From Gemmatimonadota bacterium (GTDB lineage: Bacteria > Gemmatimonadota > Gemmatimonadetes > Longimicrobiales > Gaopeijiaceae): DNA of 64,000 nt. Of the stretch, positions 48,550-58,499 are shown piece after piece; the stretch's first letter is position 1, and each line of letters opens with the position of its first letter. The position numbers were made by a program, and so were the translations under genes. Under the pieces are notes generated by a model, which saw nothing but the letters and a program-made list of their open reading frames with translations, had not been told where the DNA came from and made no database searches. The stretch covers positions 128,001 to 192,000 of the forward strand of contig JBDHHQ010000013.1 in assembly GCA_039589315.1 (NCBI GenBank), given 5' to 3'.

Positions 48550-49872
48550 TCAGGGGCTCCCGCCGGGCAGCACCACGTCGATCCAGACCATGCGGTGGTC
48601 GGACGCTGCCTCCGCCAACGCGGCCCCTTCCGCGTCCTCGTCCGGGTCCGGCCAGAACACTCCCCCACCCGACACCGTCAGGTCGCTGCTGGGGAGCAGG
48701 TAGTCGACGCGGACGCCGCCCAGAAACGAGGCGGTGGCGCGCTCCGGGTAGTCGGGCGCACCGGGCGCTCGGCCCTGCAGCCCCCCTCGGCTCCGGGTGA
48801 TGTCCCCGGGATCCTGGATGCGCGGATGATCGAGAAGCTGGGCAATGGCCGGTAGGCCGTCGTAACGGGACTCGGTCGCGCCGGGCTGGGCGTTCAGGTC
48901 TCCGGCGATGATGAACGGGGCGTCGCCGCTGAAGCCACCGCTGCGTCCCTGGTCGTCGTATAGTCCGTCGGAGCCCTCCAGGTACAACGTCCAGAAGCGG
49001 ATCTCGTCGAAGTTGCGACGGCCGTTCCGGTCCTCGTCGCCGTCGAATACCGGAGGCGTCGGGTGACTCGCCCAGATGTGCAGGACCTGGCCGTCGTCGA
49101 TGACGATGGGAAGATCCCAGTGGGACTTGGACGACAGCGGGAGAAGAGCCTCCACCTCGGCGCTGTAGAAGTCCGGCGGCATGTGGTGGCCGGGCAGATC
49201 CCGCCACAGGAACGAGCGGAAAGTCCTGCTGCCCGCGCCGTCCATGGGATACCGTGACAGCACTACCATGGCGTACTGCCCGCGGTAGGTCCCGAATCCC
49301 CAGGCGTCCTCCCCGTATTCCCGGCTTCCCTGGTCCGCCTCGGTAGCCACCTTGCCGTCTCCGTTCAGGTCGAGGCCGGAGAGGACGCCGGTGTTGTTGG
49401 GCGCGATGAGCACGTACGGATAGTCGAGGGGCGCCTCGCCGGTCTTCAGGTAGAAGTCGGCGAAGCGGTGCGCATACGCGCTGAGTCCCCGGACCCCCTG
49501 TTCCCAATAGTGATCCAGCTCGTTGAGCACGAGCACGTCGGGGCGGATGCGCTGGATGATGGTGGCGGCGGCACGGGCCTGAGGGTGGGTGCCAGCGCCC
49601 GTCTCGTCGCGCTGGAAGATCTTCTCGCGGTCGAGCTCCTGGATGTTGAACGTCGCGACGCGCACGAAGTCCCGCTCGGGCCAGGGCGGAATGGCTGGCT
49701 CCGCGGCCTCTCGATCGGCCGCGCCCACCTCCTCCGACCTGTCGGCCGGCGCACATGCGGCGATCAGGGCCAGCGCGAGAGCGACCGCGCCGGCGTGGAG
49801 CGTCGCGCGCTGCCGCGCTCTCCCTACCACCGGCCCGGGTGCGCCGTGAGCCCCCCCAGGGCTTCCCCTCAT
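48550..49872 (-). CDS. Endonuclease/exonuclease/phosphatase family lipoprotein
   Basis: Lipobox IAAC; VATFNI; LNELD; SSKSHWD; SHPTPPVFDG; AGDLNA; RVDYLLP; SDHRMVW. Confidence 0.88.
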   Translation of the reverse strand: MRGSPGGAHGAPGPVVGRARQRATLHAGAVALALALIAACAPADRSEEVGAADREAAEPAIPPWPERDFVRVATFNIQELDREKIFQRDETGAGTHPQARAAATIIQRIRPDVLVLNELDHYWEQGVRGLSAYAHRFADFYLKTGEAPLDYPYVLIAPNNTGVLSGLDLNGDGKVATEADQGSREYGEDAWGFGTYRGQYAMVVLSRYPMDGAGSRTFRSFLWRDLPGHHMPPDFYSAEVEALLPLSSKSHWDLPIVIDDGQVLHIWASHPTPPVFDGDEDRNGRRNFDEIRFWTLYLEGSDGLYDDQGRSGGFSGDAPFIIAGDLNAQPGATESRYDGLPAIAQLLDHPRIQDPGDITRSRGGLQGRAPGAPDYPERATASFLGGVRVDYLLPSSDLTVSGGGVFWPDPDEDAEGAALAEAASDHRMVWIDVVLPGGSP

Positions 49873-49942
49873 TTGCGCGTTCCCCTCGACCGTTGTTGGT
49901 TTCCCCTCTCCCCTCCCACCCACATCCGCAGGGAAGACAACC

Positions 49943-51511
49943 ATGAGGCTATCCCCCGGATTCAATGACCGCCAGCCGAGTCCGCCCCGGCGCGGCGACT
50001 CCGAAGAGCCCCGGCAGCCCACGGCAGGTCGGGGGCCGTGGGTGCCGGGAGCGAAGGGCTTCGCGGCGGCGGGAGCGATCGCCCTCTGCCTGGTGTCGTC
50101 GTGTGGTCCCGCCGAGGCGCCCCGATCGGACGACGCGGCCGGGGCGGACGAGGCGCCGCCCTATGCGCCGGAGGGCACGCCCGTGGAGTTGGGACTGGCG
50201 GGGTGGGCCAAGGTCCTGTGCTCCGCCGTGTTCGTGTCGGGCAGGGATCCGGACGAGGCCTTCGTCAACAGCGGCTTCTTCTTCATGGAACCGTCGGACC
50301 GGCCCCTGGTGAGCGGCCGCGTCATCGACCGCGATTCGGGTTCGGTCACGCTCACGTGGGCCGACTCCATCAGCCGGACGGCTCGGTTCCACGGCGACCA
50401 GGGCTGCGTCATCGACACCGAGGCGGGCATCGCCTTCACCCCCGTTCCGGTCGCCAGCACGCTCCCCGATCCGGCCACCCAGGATTGGCCCATGGGGGAC
50501 CGGGTGCCGGAAGCGCCCTTCCCCGCCGACGTGGACGGACAGCAGCTCGCCGCAGCGGTGCAGACGGCGTTTGCCGACACCGCCAGCCTCACGGCCGCGT
50601 TCCTGGTGGTCCACAGGGGCCGGATCCTGGCCGAGCGGTACATGCCCGGCATCGGCCGGGACACCCAGCTCGAGAGCTGGTCCATGGGCAAGAGCCTCAC
50701 CGCTACGCTCGTGGGCATCCTGATACGGGAGGGTCACTTCGGCCTCGCCGATCCGGCTCCGGTGCCCGAGTGGCGGGAGGGCCCCGACGACCCCCGCGCC
50801 GCCATCCGGATCGCCGACCTGCTCCAGATGTCCAGCGGGCTGCGCTTCATCGCGCCCCGGGACCCGGACTACACACCGGACAAGGGGTACCCGGACCACA
50901 TGTACATCTACACGGGCGCCATCGACGCCTTCCACCACTCCGTGACTCGTCCGCTCCAGTTTCCTCCGGCCACGGAGGGGCGGTATCGCAACTCCGATCC
51001 CCTGACTCTGGGCTACGTCGTACGCCGGACCGTGGAGAGTCTGGGCGAGGAGTATCACACCTGGCCGCAGCGGGCGCTCTTCGATCGCATCGGTATCCGC
51101 CGCCAGGTGCTGGAACCGGATCCCTTCGGGAATTTCCTGCTCACGGGCTACGACTACGGCACCGCTCGGAACTGGGCACGGCTGGGGCTGCTCTACCTCC
51201 AGGACGGCGTCTGGCAGGGCGAGCGGGTCCTTCCGGAGGGCTTCGTCGACTTCGTGAGCACCCCCGCGCCCGCCTGGACCGTGCCGGTGTACGGCGGTCT
51301 GTTCTGGATCAACGGCACCGGGGAGTGGAACCTGCCCCGCGACGCCTACTTCATGGCTGGGGGCGGCGGTCAGAGGACCTTCGTGGTTCCAAGCCGCGAT
51401 CTGGTTGTCGTTCGCCTGGGGCACTTCCGCGGCAGCGGGCCCGGGATGCGGGCGTTGAACCAGGCACTCGGTCTGCTGATGGAGGCGGTCCCGGAGGTCC
51501 GGGGGCGGTAG
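49943..51511 (+). CDS. Serine hydrolase, beta-lactamase/AmpC-like family (probable lipoprotein)
   Basis: SWSMGKS (SxxK); LLQMSSGL; YRN; ARNWARLGLLYL; GGGGQ. Confidence 0.88.
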   Translation: MRLSPGFNDRQPSPPRRGDSEEPRQPTAGRGPWVPGAKGFAAAGAIALCLVSSCGPAEAPRSDDAAGADEAPPYAPEGTPVELGLAGWAKVLCSAVFVSGRDPDEAFVNSGFFFMEPSDRPLVSGRVIDRDSGSVTLTWADSISRTARFHGDQGCVIDTEAGIAFTPVPVASTLPDPATQDWPMGDRVPEAPFPADVDGQQLAAAVQTAFADTASLTAAFLVVHRGRILAERYMPGIGRDTQLESWSMGKSLTATLVGILIREGHFGLADPAPVPEWREGPDDPRAAIRIADLLQMSSGLRFIAPRDPDYTPDKGYPDHMYIYTGAIDAFHHSVTRPLQFPPATEGRYRNSDPLTLGYVVRRTVESLGEEYHTWPQRALFDRIGIRRQVLEPDPFGNFLLTGYDYGTARNWARLGLLYLQDGVWQGERVLPEGFVDFVSTPAPAWTVPVYGGLFWINGTGEWNLPRDAYFMAGGGGQRTFVVPSRDLVVVRLGHFRGSGPGMRALNQALGLLMEAVPEVRGR

Positions 51512-51630
51512 CGGCCCACCAACCGGGCCACCGGCCCTTCGGGCGCCGAATCCAGACCGTCCCAACAAGAGACCCCGATGCGGCATCCAAAAGGTCGGCA
51601 AGCCCCTCCCGACCTGTAGAGGATGTCGAG

Positions 51631-52782
51631 ATGAGACCGTCGCCCACCGCTCTCGCCGCTGCCGTGCTGTCGGCCGTTGTGTCCGCCGCGTCCCTCCCCG
51701 CCCAGACCGTCGAGGGGACCTGGGAGGGCCGTTTCCGTGTGGGCGCGGATCCCGTCGCCCGAATCCAGCTCACGGCCGACTGGGACGGCGAGGACGGGAC
51801 CTACAACACCACCGTGCGACTCTCGGAGGCCGAGCAGCGATCCCTCGCCAGTGAGGCACTCGCCAGTGCTCCCGGCGCCTTCTTCCGGGAGATCAGGCGT
51901 GAAGCGGGGACGATCCGGCTGGAGGGCCGGATCCGGGACGGAAAAGGCGTGGGCATGTTCGAGTTCGAGCCCGATGCGTCATTCCCGGGTCGCATGGCCG
52001 ACCTCGGGTACGGAGGCATGGACGAAGAGGAGGTGTTCTCGGCCGCCGTGCACGACGTCGGGCCCCGGTGGGCCCAACAGCTCGCTGGGGTGGGATTCGG
52101 CCGCGTCGACCTGGACGACCTGTTCGCCACGGCCATTTTCGACGTGGACCCCGACTTCCTGCGGGAGATGGCTTCTGTCGGCCTGGATCGGCTGGAGCTC
52201 GAGGACTACGTCGCCCTCCGGGTCCACCGGATCGACGCGGCGTACGTGCGAGAAGCTCGCTCGCTGGGCTTCGGCGATCTGGATCACGAGGACGTCGTGG
52301 CCATGCGCATCCACGGCGTGGACGGCGAGTCCATGCAGGACCTCGCCGACCTCGGCTTCGAGCTCACTCGCCTGGACGACGCCCTGGCCTTCCGGATTCA
52401 CGGGATCGACGGCGCCTTCGTGGAGGACGCCCGAGGCTTGGATCTGGGCAGCCTCTCCGCGGATGACCTGGTGGCGATGAAGATCCACGGCGTGGGCCGG
52501 ACGACCCTCGAGGACGCCGAGGCCATGGGATTCGGCGCTGTGGACCTGGACGATCTCCTGAGTATGAAGATCCACGGCGTGAGCCGGCGCTTCGTCCAGG
52601 GCATGGCCGATGTCGGCCACGCTCCGGACGACCTGGACCAGGCTCTCTCGTTCCGCATCCACGCCGTGACGCCGGACTTCGTGAGGGAGCTGGAGGATCT
52701 GGGGTATCAGGACCTCACCAGCGAGGATCTGGTCTCCATTCGCATCCACGGCATGGACCGGATCCTGCGCAAGCGGAGGTAG
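51631..52782 (+). CDS. Exported protein with nine tandem 29-aa repeats
   Basis: Signal peptide ..SLPA-Q; REAGTIRLEG N-domain; repeats of consensus GFxxLxxDDLVAMRIHGVxxxFVxxLxxL. Confidence 0.82.
   Translation: MRPSPTALAAAVLSAVVSAASLPAQTVEGTWEGRFRVGADPVARIQLTADWDGEDGTYNTTVRLSEAEQRSLASEALASAPGAFFREIRREAGTIRLEGRIRDGKGVGMFEFEPDASFPGRMADLGYGGMDEEEVFSAAVHDVGPRWAQQLAGVGFGRVDLDDLFATAIFDVDPDFLREMASVGLDRLELEDYVALRVHRIDAAYVREARSLGFGDLDHEDVVAMRIHGVDGESMQDLADLGFELTRLDDALAFRIHGIDGAFVEDARGLDLGSLSADDLVAMKIHGVGRTTLEDAEAMGFGAVDLDDLLSMKIHGVSRRFVQGMADVGHAPDDLDQALSFRIHAVTPDFVRELEDLGYQDLTSEDLVSIRIHGMDRILRKRR
52006..52779 (+). repeat. Nine degenerate 87-bp (29-codon) tandem repeats, the last truncated to 26 codons
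   Basis: Units begin GYGGM, GFGRV, GLDRL, GFGDL, GFELT, DLGSL, GFGAV, GHAPD, GYQDL at exact 29-aa spacing. Confidence 0.85.
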
Positions 52783-53111
52783 CGGCGGGCGGTGCGACCG
52801 GGCGGTGAGAGCTTCGGCGGGGCGACCGGGCGGACAGACACGAATCAGGGGCACTGCGGGCAGTAGGCGGATCGAGCCAGGAGGCACGCTTCACACCGGC
52901 TGATCGGCTGCTTTGCCAGGGGAAGGTTTACGCAGCCCACGCCCACGCCCGTCAGCACCCCTGACTGTTGAACACGCGGGAGCGCGAAAGAGATCCCCTC
53001 CGCTGGACCACGTTGCCGTTTCGAGTCTATGGTTGGCCGTTCTGGCGAGCCCGGGGCCGGCGACTTCCCGCCCTGGAGCTTCGCCGCGCCATTGTTCCTC
53101 GGAGGACCCGC

Positions 53112-55103
53112 ATGCGGGGTACGGCGCCGCTGTTCGTCGTGTTCGCCTTTGCTGCATTTTCCCCGGCCGGGGCGCAGTCTCCCTCGTCCGAGGCTCCACA
53201 TGGGGACCGCCGCGTTCGCTCGATCCGCATCGAGCCGGAGCCCCTCACCGTGCAAATGGGCGATACCATCCGCTTCACGGGGGTCACCGTAGACGAGAGC
53301 GGAGCCGAGGTGGCCGACGCGGTCTGGGGCGCCACCGACGGGACCGTCTTCGAGATCCAGCCGGTCGAGGGCGATGGCGCCGATCCAGCGTTCGAGCTGT
53401 GGGGCACGGACGTGGGCGAGTCACCGATGATGCTGTTCATCGCGGCCCCCACGCAGGACGGGAGCCCCCGGTGGCGCCGCGTCGGCAGCGTGACCGTGAC
53501 AGTGCGCGACTACCCGGTCGCCGCCCTGGCCCTCGATCCGCTGCCCTTCGCGCCCTACGCCGGCAGCTCCTTCGCCCTCTCGGGAAGGGTGGTCAACGCC
53601 GTCGGACGAGAGCATGCGGAGGCCCGGATCACGTGGTCCGCCACACCGCCGGACGTGGCCACCGTCGACCTGGCGGGGCGCCTTCACGTACAGGCGCCGG
53701 GATCCTTCGAGTTGGTGGCACGCGCGGACACGGTGGAGGCCACGCTGGCTGTGCAGGCGCTCCCCAACCCGGTGACGCGACTGGAGCTCCCGGACCCGCC
53801 GTCCCGGATTCGCACCGGTGACGTGAGCCGTCTGACGGCCACCGCTCTGGCGTCTGACGGCCGCCGCGTGGCCGACGTGGCCGTCACCTACCAGGTGGAA
53901 TCCACCGACCTGGCGGCGGCCGGCGCCTGGATCGGACCGGACGGCACCTTCGTGGCCGAGAGGCCCGGCAGGTACGGCATCTCCGCCACGACCGGCGAGG
54001 CTACTGCGCGCGTCGAGTTGGAGGCGTTTCCCCGGGACGTGGAACAAGTGACCACATTCGTCGCCCACGTGCCCACCGTACGGGCCACCGATGTGTGGGT
54101 GTTCGAGGGTCTGGACGGCCGGGACTACGCCTACATCGGCACGCTCACGGCAGCCACCATGTACGCCATCGACGTGACCGACCCAGCCGCTCCCGTGATG
54201 ACCGACTCGGTCACGGCGGACGGTCGACGCGTCAACGACGTGAAGATCAACGACGACCGCACTCTGGCCATCATCACCAGCGAGAACGCTTCGAACCGAC
54301 GGAACGGCATCACCCTTCTGGACATCAGCGACCCGGCGCACCCTTCGGTCCTTTCCCACTACACCGACGGCCTCACCGGCGGTGTGCACAATGTCTGGTT
54401 CGTCGGGGACCTGGTATACGCCGTCAACGATGGTACCCTGGACGTTCACGTCATCGACGTGTCCGATCCCACCGCTCCCACGGAGGTCGGTCGTTGGGGA
54501 CTCGACCGGCCCGGCCGCTACCTCCACGACGTGAGCGTCATCGACGGCCTGGCCTACCTGTCCTACTGGAACGACGGCGTGGTCATCCTGGACGTAGGCG
54601 CCGGGATCCGGGGTGGAACCCCCGTTCAGCCGGTCTTCGTGTCGTCTTACAAATACCGCTACGAGATCAACGGCGCCCAGTACGGAAACACCCATCACGC
54701 CATCCGTTACGGAGACTACCTGTTTCTCGGTGACGAGATCTTCGGGTGCCCGGGGTGCACGGGACCCCGAGGCTACGTGCACGTCGTCGACGTGCGTGAA
54801 ATCGAACGGCCCCGGGAAGTCGCGTTCTACCGCGTGCCCGAAGCGGGCAGCCACAACCTCTGGGTCGAGGACGGCCGGCTCTATGTGGCCTACTACCAGG
54901 GCGGACTCAGGGTCGTGGACGTGTCGGGAGAGCTGCGGGGCGACCTGCGCGCGCAGGGCCGGGAGATCGCGTCCTTCGAGACCAGCGGGACCGGCGGTAC
55001 CATGTCCTGGGGGCCCCAACCGTTCAAGGGCCACGTCTTCGTGTCGGACATGAACTCGGGGCTGTGGATCGTGAAGCTCGAGCCCGAGCAGGTGGTCCCC
55101 TGA
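53112..55103 (+). CDS. Exported protein: Ig-like (BIG2) domains plus LVIVD-repeat beta-propeller
   Basis: Signal peptide ..AGA-Q; ITWSATPPDVATVD; repeats AIDVTDP, LLDISDP, VIDVSDP, VVDVRE, GLRVVDVS; SDMNSGLWIV. Confidence 0.82.
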   Translation: MRGTAPLFVVFAFAAFSPAGAQSPSSEAPHGDRRVRSIRIEPEPLTVQMGDTIRFTGVTVDESGAEVADAVWGATDGTVFEIQPVEGDGADPAFELWGTDVGESPMMLFIAAPTQDGSPRWRRVGSVTVTVRDYPVAALALDPLPFAPYAGSSFALSGRVVNAVGREHAEARITWSATPPDVATVDLAGRLHVQAPGSFELVARADTVEATLAVQALPNPVTRLELPDPPSRIRTGDVSRLTATALASDGRRVADVAVTYQVESTDLAAAGAWIGPDGTFVAERPGRYGISATTGEATARVELEAFPRDVEQVTTFVAHVPTVRATDVWVFEGLDGRDYAYIGTLTAATMYAIDVTDPAAPVMTDSVTADGRRVNDVKINDDRTLAIITSENASNRRNGITLLDISDPAHPSVLSHYTDGLTGGVHNVWFVGDLVYAVNDGTLDVHVIDVSDPTAPTEVGRWGLDRPGRYLHDVSVIDGLAYLSYWNDGVVILDVGAGIRGGTPVQPVFVSSYKYRYEINGAQYGNTHHAIRYGDYLFLGDEIFGCPGCTGPRGYVHVVDVREIERPREVAFYRVPEAGSHNLWVEDGRLYVAYYQGGLRVVDVSGELRGDLRAQGREIASFETSGTGGTMSWGPQPFKGHVFVSDMNSGLWIVKLEPEQVVP

Positions 55104-55187
55104 GGTCGCCGGTCCCACGGCGTGCGCCCGGTGGAATGGCCGGTATCGGCGGGATGATCTCACGGTCTTCCAAGGACCGGTGCTGCG

Positions 55188-58100
55188 CTAGCTCGCCCCT
55201 GCGCCCTCGAGCTCGGCCACGGTGCTCTGGACCCGGTCGAGGTCCCGCTGCATGGTGTCCATCTCCTCCCGGAGTTGGTCATAGCGCCCGTGCGCGTCCC
55301 GCCCGGGCTTCTGATCGGCCGTGGTGAGCATGCTGTAGAGGTACTCGATCTGCCGCGTGAGCATGCGCGGTGAATAGCTCGCGCCCTCGGTGACCATGGC
55401 CGTGCGAAGGCGCGTCAACTCCTCCCGAGCCTCCGCCGCGCTGCCGCCGGACGCGCCATCGAGACGCTCGAGGGCTCGCTCGATGGTGGCCTGGGCGTCA
55501 TATGCCTCGCTCAGCATGTCCCGGGTCTGGAGCGCCAGCGCCAACTGCTCCTCGAGGTCGGCCTGGGTGACCCCGTCCTTCGCCACCCGGGGATCGATCG
55601 TGACGGCGAGATCCGCCGTGCGGGTTTGCCCACCGACGCTCAGGCGCACCTGATACGCGCCCGGGAGGGCCATCGGACCGGCGCGTTGCTCACCGTCTGC
55701 GTCCTGCGGCCCAGGGTGCCGAAGGTTCCAGTAGAACCGATGTGTGCCGGCCGTCGACGCCACCCGGGGCTCACCCTGGACGCCCTGCCACGGCGCCCGC
55801 ATGCCCTGCCCCTCGGTCACCTCCTGGCCGGTACCCTCCGAGGAGAAGGAGCGAACCACGCTCCCGTGGCCGTCCACGATCTCTAGCGTCACCTCGCCCG
55901 TCTGGTCGGACGCCAGGTGGTAGTCGATCATGGCCGGCAGCGTGTGTCCCCCACCGAACTGTCCGGCCGCCATCATGGGATACTGGGGATCCGCCGGAGA
56001 TGGGCCGTCGCGCATCCCGTCGGTGCTGAAGCGCGTCCGATGCAGGGACCGCGGCTCGAAGAGGTGGTCGCCACCCGAGGCCATGACCTCGTCGAGCTGA
56101 TGGAGACGGGTCACGTCGTCCATGATCCAGAACGACCGGCCCATGGTGGAAAGCACCAGATCACCCTGGACCACCTTGATGTCGGTGATCGGGGTGACCG
56201 GCAGGTTCTGCTGGAACGGCTGCCAGCTCATGCCGTCGTCGAACGACACGAACATGCCGAACTCGGTGCCGAGGTAGAGCAGGCCCGCACGGTCGGTGTC
56301 CTCCCGGATCGCCCGGGTGGGAAAGTCGGCGGGTACGCCGTTGGCGCCCGTGGTCAGCCGGGTCCAGGTGGCGCCGTAGTCATCGGTCCGGTAGGCGTAC
56401 GGCTCCCAGTCGCCCAGGAGGTACCGGTACCCGGCGAAGTAAGCCTTGCCTGGCGTGTGCGGGGACACGTCTATGGTCTGGATGCGACCCTCGGGCGGCA
56501 TGTCGGGAGGCGTGATCTCCGTCCAGCTCTGGCCGCCGTCCCGGGTCACGTGCAGCGGCCCGTCGTTGGCACCGGTGTAGATCACACCAGGCTCGATGGG
56601 CGACTCCTCGATGGCGTAGAGGACGCTGTAGTGCTCCTCACCGGTGATGTCCCGGGTGATGGGCCTGCCGCTGTAGACCTGCCGCTCCGGCCGGAACGCC
56701 GTCAGGTCCGGGCTGATGCGCTCCCAGGTCTGGCCGCCGTCGGTGGTCGCGTGCACGAACTGGGATCCGTGGTACACCCTGGACGGGTCGTGCGGTGAGA
56801 CCTCGATGGGCACGACCCGCTGAAATCGGTATGGCAGGTCCTTGGGGTTGGCGCCGTACATGTCCACCGCGCCCACGTAGTACTGTTGCTCCATGCCGGT
56901 GATGTGGCTGTAGCGGCCGAAGCGGCCCTTGCAGTTGGAGAAGACGACGTCGGGGTTGCCGGGCTGGGGAACCGCCGGTCCGGTCTCACAACCGCCGATG
57001 GCCTTCCAGGCACCCTGCCAACCGGCCGGGGACCCGTCCTCAGGCGGCATGCTGGGGACCATGATCGTGGTGTTGTCCTGCTGACCGGCGTACAGCCAGT
57101 AGGGGTACCGGTCGTCTACGTCGATCTGGTACAGCTCGGCGGTGGGCTGGTTCAGCTGGCTCGACCAGGTGTGACCCCCGTCGAGCGTGACGTTGGCACC
57201 GCCGTCGTTGGACTGGATGAAGAGCTCGGGATTGTCCGGGTTGATCCACATGTCGTGGTTGTCGCCGTGGGGCGTCGACACACGGTTCCAGCTCCTCCCG
57301 CCGTCGTTGGACCTGTAGAAGCGCTCGTTGTTGACGTAGACGGTGCTCGCGTCCGTGGGGTCGGCGTCGACATTGGTATAGTAGAACGGACGATTCATGA
57401 TGCCCGCCTCGGTGCTCACGAGCTCCCACGTCTCGCCCCGGTCTCCCGACCGGTAGAGGCCTTCCTCCTCATCGATGGCCTCGACGAGGGCGTAGACGAT
57501 ATTCGGGTTGGCCGGCGTGACGGCCAGGTCGATCTTGCCGATCAGCCCTGCCGGCAGACCGGTCGTCTTCTTCTCCCACGAGTCGCCATAGTCGGTGGAC
57601 TTGTAGATTCCCCCGACGCCATCGGCACCCGAGATGATTGACCACGGCTTCCGTTCCGCGCGCCACATTGCGGCGATGACGGTGGACGGGTCGTCTGGAA
57701 CGAGCTCCAGGTCCACCGCCCCCACGCTGTCCGCCACGAAGAGGACCCGCTCCCAGTTCACGCCCCCGTCCCGGCTCCGGTAGACGCCCCGGCGCTCCGA
57801 CGGACCGAACGCGTGGCCGATGGCGGCGACATATACGGTATTGGGATCTCGGGGATCGATCTCGACCGCCCCGATCTGCCCCACGTCCTCCAGCCCCACG
57901 TGGCTCCACGACTGTCCGGAGTCGGTGGATTTGTACACGCCCTTGCCGGTGATCACGTTGCTGCGGATTCCGTCCGATCCGGTGCCGACGTACACCGTGG
58001 TAGGGTCGGAGCGGGCCACCCGAATGGCCCCGATGGAACCGGTGGCGAAGTAGCCGTCCGAGATGTTCTGCCAGGTCGCACCGTAGTTGGTCGTCTTCCA

Positions 58101-58340
58101 GACCCCACCGCCGGTCGCCCCCATGTAGAAGGTGCCCGGGTGGCTGCGGTGGCCGGCGACGGTGGTGACGCGCCCACCCCGGGAGGGTCCCACGTTCCGG
58201 TACGCGAGCCCATCGAACATGGACGAATCGACGGTCTGGGCCCGGATCTCGGACACCATGACGAGGACTGCCAGGGCGCAAGCGCCCATGACGGCTACGA
58301 GCCGACGAAGTCGGCGTACGTACAAGGAGGATCGAGACAT
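55188..58340 (-). CDS. VPS10/BNR (Asp-box) repeat glycosyl hydrolase-like exported protein
   Basis: YRNVGPSRGGRV; repeated SxDxGxxW Asp-boxes (KSTDSGQSW, RSRDGGVNW, RSNDGGRSW); PHGDNHDMWINP; STMGRSFWIMDD. Confidence 0.88.
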   Translation of the reverse strand: MSRSSLYVRRLRRLVAVMGACALAVLVMVSEIRAQTVDSSMFDGLAYRNVGPSRGGRVTTVAGHRSHPGTFYMGATGGGVWKTTNYGATWQNISDGYFATGSIGAIRVARSDPTTVYVGTGSDGIRSNVITGKGVYKSTDSGQSWSHVGLEDVGQIGAVEIDPRDPNTVYVAAIGHAFGPSERRGVYRSRDGGVNWERVLFVADSVGAVDLELVPDDPSTVIAAMWRAERKPWSIISGADGVGGIYKSTDYGDSWEKKTTGLPAGLIGKIDLAVTPANPNIVYALVEAIDEEEGLYRSGDRGETWELVSTEAGIMNRPFYYTNVDADPTDASTVYVNNERFYRSNDGGRSWNRVSTPHGDNHDMWINPDNPELFIQSNDGGANVTLDGGHTWSSQLNQPTAELYQIDVDDRYPYWLYAGQQDNTTIMVPSMPPEDGSPAGWQGAWKAIGGCETGPAVPQPGNPDVVFSNCKGRFGRYSHITGMEQQYYVGAVDMYGANPKDLPYRFQRVVPIEVSPHDPSRVYHGSQFVHATTDGGQTWERISPDLTAFRPERQVYSGRPITRDITGEEHYSVLYAIEESPIEPGVIYTGANDGPLHVTRDGGQSWTEITPPDMPPEGRIQTIDVSPHTPGKAYFAGYRYLLGDWEPYAYRTDDYGATWTRLTTGANGVPADFPTRAIREDTDRAGLLYLGTEFGMFVSFDDGMSWQPFQQNLPVTPITDIKVVQGDLVLSTMGRSFWIMDDVTRLHQLDEVMASGGDHLFEPRSLHRTRFSTDGMRDGPSPADPQYPMMAAGQFGGGHTLPAMIDYHLASDQTGEVTLEIVDGHGSVVRSFSSEGTGQEVTEGQGMRAPWQGVQGEPRVASTAGTHRFYWNLRHPGPQDADGEQRAGPMALPGAYQVRLSVGGQTRTADLAVTIDPRVAKDGVTQADLEEQLALALQTRDMLSEAYDAQATIERALERLDGASGGSAAEAREELTRLRTAMVTEGASYSPRMLTRQIEYLYSMLTTADQKPGRDAHGRYDQLREEMDTMQRDLDRVQSTVAELEGAGAS

Positions 58341-58499
58341 CGCTGCAACTCCGAGTGTCGGGTGCGACGAGCCCAACGGCGCCCGCCCGCCCTGACCTGC
58401 ATGTGTGAGCCACTGAGATTCGCCATCTGGCTGGCCACGGGCAAGCTTCTCGGGGTCGAGGCCCGGCACGGCCTTCCCGTGAGACCTGGAAGTAGTCGG

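Noticed and set aside
50038..51630. Apparent 914-aa ORF fusing an Arg/Gly/Pro-rich N-terminus to the repeat protein
   Set aside because: The N-terminal part is an off-frame reading of the serine hydrolase gene; the real start is ATG 51631 with a signal peptide.
52006..52779. Periodic DNA considered as a CRISPR array
   Set aside because: The repeats are degenerate, in-frame 87-bp coding units with no identical repeat/unique spacer pattern, and no cas genes are present.
52911..52932. GGAAGGTTTA resembling a CueR operator half-site
   Set aside because: No matching left arm or -35 element.
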